Shown here in pieces: positions 29,739 through 38,171 of a DNA stretch of 48,431 bases. Source of the stretch: an uncultured archaeon (GTDB lineage: Archaea; Asgardarchaeota; Thorarchaeia; Thorarchaeales; Thorarchaeaceae); NCBI GenBank assembly GCA_964590575.1, contig CAZPWM010000016.1, forward strand, positions 1-48,431, read 5' to 3'. Below the pieces are notes generated by a model. That model made no database searches and was not told the DNA's origin. It saw nothing but the letters and a program-made list of their open reading frames with translations. The translations under genes were made by a program, and so were the position numbers. The stretch's first letter is position 1; every line of letters begins with the position of its first letter.

Positions 29739-30971
29739 GTGAATTCCATCTCTCATGCAGCATTAGAACTAGAAGTAGTTGAAGCATCGAAGATGCTGTA
29801 TAATCATGTGTGTTCTTCCCTAAGCGAGCTTGACATGGAGATGATTCAATCAGTTCCTGCAGGAGGGAACTGGCAAGATATACCCCAGAGAATCATTAGG
29901 AAATCAGCACGACTTACGCAAATTCACAAATCTGGTGGGCGAACAACGTACTATGGGCGTTTGAAGAACAATCTGCCTAGTTATACTATAAACACTTACT
30001 TCAATCGTCCAGGGAATGGGACCTTCATACATCCTGAACAGGACCGACTCATATCAATGCGTGAAGCTGCCCGGCTGCAATCCTTTACAGATAGGTTCAG
30101 GTTCCTTGGGAGTCTAAGTTCAAGATACAAGCAAATAGGAAATGCAGTCCCACCATTGTTAGCACGAGCTGTGGCCAATCTCTTGAAACCTGGTCTCGTT
30201 GTCGATTTATTTTCAGGGGCTGGGGGTCTCTCAGAGGGTTTTGTTCAAGCTGGAAACGAGATAATTCTTGCAACTGACTCCAATTCTAATATGTGCAAGA
30301 CCTATAGCCACAACCATCCAACTACAAAAGTAATCCGAGCTGACCTACATTGCACGAATCAATCAAATGAGCTTCTTGAAGCGATTGAGGGAACACTTAA
30401 TGGAACACATCTGAACACGATAATTGGTGGACCCCCCTGTCAAGGATTTTCTACCGCTGGCAACCGAAATGCATTAGATTCCAGGAACAATCTTGTTTTT
30501 CGAATGCTTGAGTTTGTTGATACATTGATGCCTGATAGTGTTGTAATTGAAAATGTTCCAGGATTACAATGGATGCATCAAGGTCAGGTTATTGATGCAA
30601 TTGTGAAAAAACTTGAAGAATTCGAATATACAGTCATCAGTCTTAAATTACAAGCTGAAGCATTTGGTGTCCCGCAGAGAAGGAAACGTATTTTCATCAT
30701 TGGTCAAAGAAATGGAGAACCTGCTGGTATACCAACTGGTTTTTTTGCCCCCATTATTCGAGGAAAAACTAGAGCTGATACAAAACTCGGTAGTATGGAT
30801 CTGCCACCGCCAATGAGTGTATCTGAAGCGATATCTGACTTGCCAGAGATCACTTCTGGTGGCGGCGAAGAGTTAATCGAGTATTGCGAGAAATGGACCG
30901 AAACAGACTATCAGAAACTAATGCGTGAATCGATAACATATGATGATTTCATCATTAAGAGAACCGAATAA
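29739..30971 (+). CDS. Circularly permuted C5-cytosine DNA methyltransferase
   Basis: TRD and motifs IX/X (RLISMREAARLQSF; KQIGNAVPP) precede motif I (DLFSGAGG), IV (GGPPCQGFS), VI (ENV) and VIII (PQRRKR). Confidence 0.92.
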   Translation: MNSISHAALELEVVEASKMLYNHVCSSLSELDMEMIQSVPAGGNWQDIPQRIIRKSARLTQIHKSGGRTTYYGRLKNNLPSYTINTYFNRPGNGTFIHPEQDRLISMREAARLQSFTDRFRFLGSLSSRYKQIGNAVPPLLARAVANLLKPGLVVDLFSGAGGLSEGFVQAGNEIILATDSNSNMCKTYSHNHPTTKVIRADLHCTNQSNELLEAIEGTLNGTHLNTIIGGPPCQGFSTAGNRNALDSRNNLVFRMLEFVDTLMPDSVVIENVPGLQWMHQGQVIDAIVKKLEEFEYTVISLKLQAEAFGVPQRRKRIFIIGQRNGEPAGIPTGFFAPIIRGKTRADTKLGSMDLPPPMSVSEAISDLPEITSGGGEELIEYCEKWTETDYQKLMRESITYDDFIIKRTE

Positions 30972-31049
30972 GGTTGATTAACGTACTATGACAACCTGCT
31001 AATGAAGAGAACAATCCACTCGCTGTATGATTAAGAGGATGATTCAGAT

Positions 31050-32744
31050 ATGATTGTTAATGCCGTACTCTTTGACCTTCTGGGGTCTAAGGAATTGGCA
31101 TCCTTATCTTTCACTAAAGAGAACTTGTCAGACAAGTTTCTCCAGAGCATTGTAGAAACATACTATAAGCTAATGCAAGAGGATTCTGCTCGAGAATTCG
31201 TTAGCACTGAGATTGAAGAGAAGAGCACATGTATATGCAAAGTGAGTGAGGTTACTATAATCGTAGGTGTTTCAAACAAGGTTCCTATTTCAAAATCTGA
31301 TATTGAACGGATGAAACGTTTCCAAGAAGCTTCAAGCAAGAAGATACAGCAAACATCAGTCAGAGAATTCAAGGATGAATTCGAAGGAATTGCAGACGCG
31401 CTCCTTAGAGAACGGCTCCGCATTTGTTTCATAGCAGGTAACGACCCCTCATATGAAGATAAATCTGGAACTGCAATCGATTCGATTCTTCAGAAACGTG
31501 GACAAAAAGACCGCTCATTCTCTGCACCATTGCAGATTGGCCCGTTTGGTGTTGAAGTAATGCGGATTTCACACGACGAGCTTGTAAAAGTGAATTGGTC
31601 CGATGACCTATCAAGTGTAGCCTTATTCGTACTCATCATCTCCCCTCCACTTCCAACATCTGATAGAGTAGAGCAAATTGTAATGAGAATAAGAGATAAA
31701 TCAAAGTCACGATTAATTGTTGTGCCTGGATCTGATGAACAACTTGAACTTGCCCGTGAGTATGAAGACCTCTATGGATTAGAATTATCAGATGTTTCTT
31801 CCCAACCAACACATCTTCTCCTATCATCGATGGCAATTGCGGGTTTCATTGACATGCATCCTGAATTGGCGTATAAACAATGGCAGATTGATCGATCCAT
31901 TGACTATGTATCATCCCTAGAGGAACCCAAGGTTGATGATGTTGGTCATCAGGCGTTCTTTGTTGTTGACCGAAGAACTGGCGAAGCTGCCTACAGTTAT
32001 TACTATGATGAGAGGTCAAGACTCCTGGAGGTTGCTCCGAATATTGTAGCTGCTATCTCCGCGTTCAAGTTTGACCCTGCAAATCCGGCAGAAACCTCTG
32101 TATTCCGAACTGGGGATTTGAACTACATAACTATTGAACGAGGATACTACGTCTACACATTGATTACTGGTACAGGTGTTGATGTAGAATCTCTGAGAGA
32201 GAGATTCTCTTTTCTTCCTGATCTTTTCATGGATGAAGTACCGGGGCTAGTCGAAGACCCAACGGATCTATTCCGATCTCCCCCGTTCACCTTAAAATTA
32301 CTAGCAACATTGCCTCCTGAGTATCTTCCAACTAGGATGGCACCAGCTCGAAGTAGGGCTCTACTATGGGAGAGGTTTGAGAGTGCGCCTCTTAGGGACT
32401 TTCTCGAGGCTGTATGGAACCGTCTTGATGGTTCTTTGACCATGTCATTGCTTGTACCAGGAAAAGGTCCAGAGATGATACTAGGTGCGATTCATCTTTT
32501 ACATAGGATGGGTGCTATTCACTTTAAACTGAAGATTGGACCCGATGATTATCCGGTTCTACTCAAGGAACCTGATGATGAAATTCTCTCTCTCTATACT
32601 CGAGTTGATGAGATTATTGGTCTTGTTGATGGCAATCGAACTATTGTTGAGATAGCAGATGAACTACGTCTACAGCCAAGTGTCCTTGTGACAGTCTTTG
32701 CAGAATTACACAAACGAGATATTATCACGATTAAAGAAGGATGA
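31050..32744 (+). CDS. Longin-like / degenerate GTPase / longin-like / tandem winged-helix protein
   Basis: Colinear with 32849..34801 but G1/G3/G4 motifs lost; C-terminal VDGNRTIVEIADEL...FAELHKRDII helix-turn-helix. Confidence 0.65.
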   Translation: MIVNAVLFDLLGSKELASLSFTKENLSDKFLQSIVETYYKLMQEDSAREFVSTEIEEKSTCICKVSEVTIIVGVSNKVPISKSDIERMKRFQEASSKKIQQTSVREFKDEFEGIADALLRERLRICFIAGNDPSYEDKSGTAIDSILQKRGQKDRSFSAPLQIGPFGVEVMRISHDELVKVNWSDDLSSVALFVLIISPPLPTSDRVEQIVMRIRDKSKSRLIVVPGSDEQLELAREYEDLYGLELSDVSSQPTHLLLSSMAIAGFIDMHPELAYKQWQIDRSIDYVSSLEEPKVDDVGHQAFFVVDRRTGEAAYSYYYDERSRLLEVAPNIVAAISAFKFDPANPAETSVFRTGDLNYITIERGYYVYTLITGTGVDVESLRERFSFLPDLFMDEVPGLVEDPTDLFRSPPFTLKLLATLPPEYLPTRMAPARSRALLWERFESAPLRDFLEAVWNRLDGSLTMSLLVPGKGPEMILGAIHLLHRMGAIHFKLKIGPDDYPVLLKEPDDEILSLYTRVDEIIGLVDGNRTIVEIADELRLQPSVLVTVFAELHKRDIITIKEG

Positions 32745-32848
32745 CCCACGCACACATAAGGTTCATAGATGGTATGAATAATGAAAAATGCAGGAAAAGT
32801 AGATAACTCCTCACGAAATATCAAGATACAACCCTGAGATGATGAACA

Positions 32849-34801
32849 TTGATACACAACGTGTTACTGATTGAAAAGGCAGATGGTAACGTTGTGGTCA
32901 GAACTAGGTTTTGGAAGATTGATTTCCTCGATCATGATATCCAGGAGTTTCTTGCTGGATATCAAGACCTATACACTACTGAGGGTCTTTCTGAAAACAC
33001 ACCTGTCTTTGTGGCTGAGAAACATAAGGTCTTTCATGGAGCTGTGGATGGCGACATGCTCCTGCTCCTTGTGACAGATGGAAGAGACGAGGACCGAGTC
33101 ATTCAACACCGAGTTCGTGAAGGCGCTGCTCGAGTATCCACAGCTCTTCGTGGAAATAGTATTGGCTATATCCGCGATAATCTGGATGACATATTGGGTG
33201 AGCTCATCTTCACACGATTCAAGGTCAGCTTCGTAGGAAGCGGTGGTGTTGGTAAGAGTACACTGCTCCGACTTCTATTTGGAAAAGAACCTGCACCTGG
33301 AGGTTATGTTCCCACCATCAATGTTGCAGTTGATTCGTCCGAAACAATACAGTTTGGTACGTTCCTTGTAACAGTCTGGGACTTTGCTGGACAGGCTGTG
33401 TTTCAGGACCTCTGGAGCTTTTACTTTTCAGGTACAGATGTAATCTTTCTGATTACGGATTCAAGCTTTAGGAACGTAATGCAGACAAAGTCTCTCTTGC
33501 GTACTATTCGCAAGGAGGCGCCTGCTGTTCCCCTATTCATAATGGCCAACAAACAGGACTTGCCAGAGTCAATGAAAGCTGAAAAAATTAAACGACTTTT
33601 GGGTGCTCCAACCTTTGCTATGGTGGCTACTGACAAGACCAGACGGGAAGAGTTCATCCGACTCATGCTTGAAGTGTCTGCGAAGACTGTAGGAGTTACT
33701 CTACCAGATTTACCAATAAGTGAGATGATAACCGTAAGGAGAGGTTCAGAAGAGATTATACAACCTGGACCTTCTGGAACGCAGACTCCAGCTCCACCTA
33801 GTGGATTCGAAGAGGTTCCATATGCCGAAGGTGGTATAGAAGCCATTAGTAGAACCCCGATTCCAACAACTACTGAAGCAGTCGAAATTGCTGAGGCTGC
33901 AGACAGGGCAGCAGATACTACGTCCCCCCAGCAGATGGTGGCTAAGATTGTACCTGAACACTCAAAGCTTCTTCATTTCTTACTCATTGTGCAGAAAGAG
34001 GGGATGCCTGATGTTGCATATCACTTAAATTACATAGATGATGAGATTGATACAAGTGCTGTTGCTTCTCTGATATCCGCACTTGACTCATTTGGTGGAA
34101 TTGACGCAGAACCTTCTGATGGCACAGGTGTTATAGACGCTCTTGAGACCATTGAACATGAAGGAAATCTTGTCATGGTCGAGAAGTCCAAGCACTTCCA
34201 AATTGCACTTATTGTTACAAATGATAGTGAGGAAGAAGAGCAGCGCAAGATTCTGACTTCTCTCCTATTCGAGATTGAACAGAAATATCAGAATGTTTGG
34301 GACACATGGAATGGCAAGAAATCAACCTTCGAACCATCAGTTTTCGACGTTTTAGCTAAATTACCATTAAAACCGATTAGTTTTGACTATATCATTCGCG
34401 CAAGAGAAGCTGGTAAACCTCTACCATTCGAGAATCGCGAGGTGGGTCAAGCTATTGTTGCGGTAAATAAAGCAATTGAAGGCAGTGACACCATTGGTGG
34501 TCTTGTAAGAAGTCTTGACTTGCCCCGCGAGACCGTTCTTGGTTGCCTTCAGATAATGAACCAATATGGTTGGATCGATTTTAAAATTGATGTTCAACCG
34601 ACTAGTCACCTCAAGAAAATGGGTGTTGTTGACGAAGAGACACAGAAAACTTACGGAACCGTTGTCGTCAAGTTCGTTGACCTCTGTGATGGCACGCTTC
34701 CATTACAAGATGTTGTCCGGAAACTTAACGTCAGTCTACCTGCAATGAAGTTTGTTGCTACAAAGCTAGTACTTGATGGTGTTCTAGAGATAGTCGCCTA
34801 G
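32849..34801 (+). CDS. Multidomain small GTPase (Arf/Ras-like) with longin-like and winged-helix domains
   Basis: GSGGVGKS (G1), YVPT (G2), WDFAGQ (G3), NKQD (G4); longin-like LLIVQKEG...SLISALDSF...IEHEGNLVMVEK...IALIV; C-terminal CDGTLPLQDVVRKL...KLVLDGVLEI. Confidence 0.85.
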   Translation: MIHNVLLIEKADGNVVVRTRFWKIDFLDHDIQEFLAGYQDLYTTEGLSENTPVFVAEKHKVFHGAVDGDMLLLLVTDGRDEDRVIQHRVREGAARVSTALRGNSIGYIRDNLDDILGELIFTRFKVSFVGSGGVGKSTLLRLLFGKEPAPGGYVPTINVAVDSSETIQFGTFLVTVWDFAGQAVFQDLWSFYFSGTDVIFLITDSSFRNVMQTKSLLRTIRKEAPAVPLFIMANKQDLPESMKAEKIKRLLGAPTFAMVATDKTRREEFIRLMLEVSAKTVGVTLPDLPISEMITVRRGSEEIIQPGPSGTQTPAPPSGFEEVPYAEGGIEAISRTPIPTTTEAVEIAEAADRAADTTSPQQMVAKIVPEHSKLLHFLLIVQKEGMPDVAYHLNYIDDEIDTSAVASLISALDSFGGIDAEPSDGTGVIDALETIEHEGNLVMVEKSKHFQIALIVTNDSEEEEQRKILTSLLFEIEQKYQNVWDTWNGKKSTFEPSVFDVLAKLPLKPISFDYIIRAREAGKPLPFENREVGQAIVAVNKAIEGSDTIGGLVRSLDLPRETVLGCLQIMNQYGWIDFKIDVQPTSHLKKMGVVDEETQKTYGTVVVKFVDLCDGTLPLQDVVRKLNVSLPAMKFVATKLVLDGVLEIVA

Positions 34802-34803
34802 AT

Positions 34804-36951
34804 TCATGGCTTAATTATGATTCTTTCCCGATAATCAGGGATGATAATACCTTTAGGGGCTTTCTCAGTGGGAGTATGAACCATGATTTTCTTTCCACTG
34901 CATGAATTGATGTAGGCTTGAAGATTGGATGATGAAGAATGGGCACTTAATCTTGCATAGACTAGCTTGCACTCATGTGGTTCATATCCATGTAGCAAGT
35001 TCCAGCCTGGAGTTCTTGGAGCTAGGTAACCACACAGAATCGTTGCAGCTTTCGGATTGTTTCTCTGCTCGTTGAAATGATGTCTAGCTAATCCTCCCCC
35101 CATCATCCCACCACCTGCAATCAGGACATCATCCTTATCGAGATGCACTTTATTCTTCTTTATGCTCTGCCAGTGTCCTTGAATTCCAACAAGACTCGTT
35201 ATATGATCCGCCATACCTCCCACCATGACGTTACGATTCTTCGTGACTCCCAACGTTTCTAGGATCATGAGAATCTCTTGAGACCGACCAACGGCAAAAC
35301 TCGGAATGATGACAGGTCCATACTTACTAATGATATCACTAATTGTTTCACTAACTTGCTTGCGGTTGAAATCTTCTCTTCCCCAATACGTACCATCGAA
35401 AATTACATAGTCAGAATCCGTTGGAATATTTGCTCCAGGGAAGAGAATTGACTCGTCCATATTGAAATCGCCAGTGTATAGAATTTTCACACCCTCGATG
35501 TCAATGGAGTACGCAGCACTCCCTGAGATATGGCATGCATCAATGGGTGTCACAACAATTCCTGGACCCACCTCACTGCTTTTCCCATATTCCAGTCGGA
35601 CATGATTGTCTACCACTTTCTTGATATTATCTTCACTGTATCTAGAAATCAGATCGAGCTTGTTGTATTTTCTCGGTGGCGCTGGAGTTCCAACCTTGAT
35701 TGCATCATTGAGAAGGACTTTTGTGATGCCTCCCGTTAGACCGACAGAGCACCATTTCCCTTCGAATTTGTCAAAGAGAACAGGAAGCCCGCCTATGTGG
35801 TCCAGATGAGCATGACTCGCCAAGACTGTGTCAATCATCTCAAGTTCTGGAACCCACTCAGGTATCATATGATTAGCTACCGAAATACCAAAGTCAAGAA
35901 GCACTCCGCCAGTATCAGTTTTGATTAATATACCACTTCTCCCGATTCCTGGACCTCCAAGAAAAATAATTTCGATATTTTTTGTTTTATTGGAGTATGC
36001 AACAGAGGGTAATAGCCCCATTCTAAGTTTCTGTGGGATTAGTTCGAATATTACCGGATCGACAGCTTCACCTGGTGGGGGCTTTTTTAACTGCTGAAGC
36101 CGCACGGGTAAGACCGTACCTTTTCGGTTCTGGAACTGACTCTTTTCGAAATGTTTCTTCATTACTTCAATAGAATCACTCACACTCATGTTCTGAGTAA
36201 CCAAATTCTCAGCTTCTAGATAGACACGATCCTTTGCGACTTTTAGCAACTCTGATAGCAACGCATCTGGAGTCCATTCTCTGCAAGCTTCCATGACCTC
36301 CATGAATGGTCTTCCTTCCACTGCTTCTCGAATATACTGTGGATGTCGCGTCAAGGCATCTACAAGTCTCAGTTCTTCTGAATCAAGAACCGATTTGATG
36401 TCAATACCAAAATCATTCCCTATGTCACTGAATAATCCCGGACTAAAGACTGGTGCTCCTAGAAATTGAAGCCAATTCCGGATATCAGACATCGCATCTT
36501 TCGCAGATTCATGTTTTGTTGCTGCAAGAAATACAAGAGCCTTTCGTAGCCAACTCTCGATCTGATTCTGATTCCTGATATGTCTTAGCGAGTATCTATA
36601 GAGATACCTGAAGTCTTCATCAATGTAATTACCAAGAACGAGCCCATACAAACATAATGTCATTGATTGGATGATATCCTCTTGATTTGGATCATCACGT
36701 ATATCTCTGAACATTTCCATCAGAACAACATCAGCTGTTTCTGCTTTGGTGAAACCCGTCGCAGGCATATCCGAGGATTTCGCAACCTCAAAGGCAAGGA
36801 ATTCCCGTGGCTCACCAAATAGTCCCTTCTCATTCAGTACCTTCTTTCCTTTCTTTACCAAATCAATGTCTGAAGTGGCTTGATTGAACAATTTTTTGAT
36901 TACTTTGTTCTTGGTTCTTGGGATTCCTTTCTTTGTGGTCATTGTAATCAC
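34804..36951 (-). CDS. Metallo-beta-lactamase beta-CASP family nuclease with a long N-terminal extension
   Basis: LLDFG, SHAHLDHIG, CHISGS, YTGDF, DGTY, PSFAVGRSQE, GGMMGG, LSAH, MVH. Confidence 0.88.
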   Translation of the reverse strand: MITMTTKKGIPRTKNKVIKKLFNQATSDIDLVKKGKKVLNEKGLFGEPREFLAFEVAKSSDMPATGFTKAETADVVLMEMFRDIRDDPNQEDIIQSMTLCLYGLVLGNYIDEDFRYLYRYSLRHIRNQNQIESWLRKALVFLAATKHESAKDAMSDIRNWLQFLGAPVFSPGLFSDIGNDFGIDIKSVLDSEELRLVDALTRHPQYIREAVEGRPFMEVMEACREWTPDALLSELLKVAKDRVYLEAENLVTQNMSVSDSIEVMKKHFEKSQFQNRKGTVLPVRLQQLKKPPPGEAVDPVIFELIPQKLRMGLLPSVAYSNKTKNIEIIFLGGPGIGRSGILIKTDTGGVLLDFGISVANHMIPEWVPELEMIDTVLASHAHLDHIGGLPVLFDKFEGKWCSVGLTGGITKVLLNDAIKVGTPAPPRKYNKLDLISRYSEDNIKKVVDNHVRLEYGKSSEVGPGIVVTPIDACHISGSAAYSIDIEGVKILYTGDFNMDESILFPGANIPTDSDYVIFDGTYWGREDFNRKQVSETISDIISKYGPVIIPSFAVGRSQEILMILETLGVTKNRNVMVGGMADHITSLVGIQGHWQSIKKNKVHLDKDDVLIAGGGMMGGGLARHHFNEQRNNPKAATILCGYLAPRTPGWNLLHGYEPHECKLVYARLSAHSSSSNLQAYINSCSGKKIMVHTPTEKAPKGIIIPDYRERIIIKP

Positions 36952-37142
36952 ACGAATTCCGCATGCAAATTTGTGTAAGCGCCCTTCTTAGGTGTTACTC
37001 GTTCTTTCTGCTCAAAACCTCTATGAAGTGTGATGTATACTTAAATGGCACCCACGAGTTGGTAAAAGATGCCAAACGAAAAGACCGATGTCAACAGTTG
37101 CCGTTTGGAATTTGATTAAAAGCACTCACACAGAGGTTACAC

Positions 37143-38120
37143 GTGGTGCAATCGATGGCTAGTGACAGCAAGGAACTGCAAGAGAAAATCCTCAAGCTAA
37201 AGAAAGAGCGAAAGGCTCTCATTCTTGCACATAACTACCAAGTCATCGAGATTCAAGAGATTGCTGACTTTGTAGGCGACTCTCTCCAACTTGCTCGGAA
37301 ATCAGCTGAAATTAAGGGGGTCGAGATGATTATCTTCGCAGGAGTGAAATTCATGGCTGAGATGGCAGCAATTCTTTCTCCCGCTATCCCAGTATACATT
37401 CCTGATCCCAAAGCACTCTGTCCTCTTGCTGGGTATCTTGATGCGGAGAAGATTCGTCAGAAGAAAAAAGAATATCCAGGAGTTCCAGTCATTGTATATG
37501 TGAATACCACTGCTGAAGCAAAATCAGAGGCTGATATGATATGCACTTCGGGAAGCGCAGTCGAAGTCGTGGAGTCTCTGGGAGTTAATAGAGTAATTTT
37601 TGGTCCTGATGCAAATCTAGCTGACTATGTGCGCTCTCATACCTCCGTGGAAATCATCGATATTGACAGATCAGGTCACTGCTATGTGCACAATATGTTT
37701 GATTTGAGCATGTTGATTGAATTGAAAGAAAAGTATCCTGACTCAGTCGCGATAGCTCATCCGGAATGCCCGATTGAAATACAAGAACAAGCTGATATGG
37801 TCGGGTCAACTGGGATGATGGCTCGAACGGTTGCAGAATCGGATGCAAAGGTGTTTATAATTGCCACAGAACTGGGAATGATTCAACAGTTGCAGAAACG
37901 GCACCCGGATAAGACCATCATACCCATGTATGATGGAGCTGTCTGTCGTCAGATGAAGAAGCACACACTAGAAAAGATACTGAATGTTCTTGAAAACCTA
38001 CCTCCTGAGAATATAGTCACTGTTCCAGATCCGTTTGTTCCACACGTACGTGAGATTCTTGAAAGGATGAACAAGGTTCGCGGTCAAGGTCCTGCTGTAC
38101 CTGTAGAGGCTCCTTCCTAA
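37143..38120 (+). CDS. nadA: Quinolinate synthase
   Basis: ILAHNYQ, DFVGDSLQL, GVKFMAE, YVNT, CTS, GHCYVH, AHPEC, GST, C..MK. Confidence 0.95.
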   Translation: MVQSMASDSKELQEKILKLKKERKALILAHNYQVIEIQEIADFVGDSLQLARKSAEIKGVEMIIFAGVKFMAEMAAILSPAIPVYIPDPKALCPLAGYLDAEKIRQKKKEYPGVPVIVYVNTTAEAKSEADMICTSGSAVEVVESLGVNRVIFGPDANLADYVRSHTSVEIIDIDRSGHCYVHNMFDLSMLIELKEKYPDSVAIAHPECPIEIQEQADMVGSTGMMARTVAESDAKVFIIATELGMIQQLQKRHPDKTIIPMYDGAVCRQMKKHTLEKILNVLENLPPENIVTVPDPFVPHVREILERMNKVRGQGPAVPVEAPS

Positions 38121-38171
38121 TAGTTACTATGCTGCCATGAAAACAAAGGTCTATATCCCTGATAGCATATA

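Noticed and set aside
37143-38120. nadA without adjacent nadB/nadC
   Set aside because: Dispersed NAD synthesis genes are common in archaea and cannot be assessed from one window.
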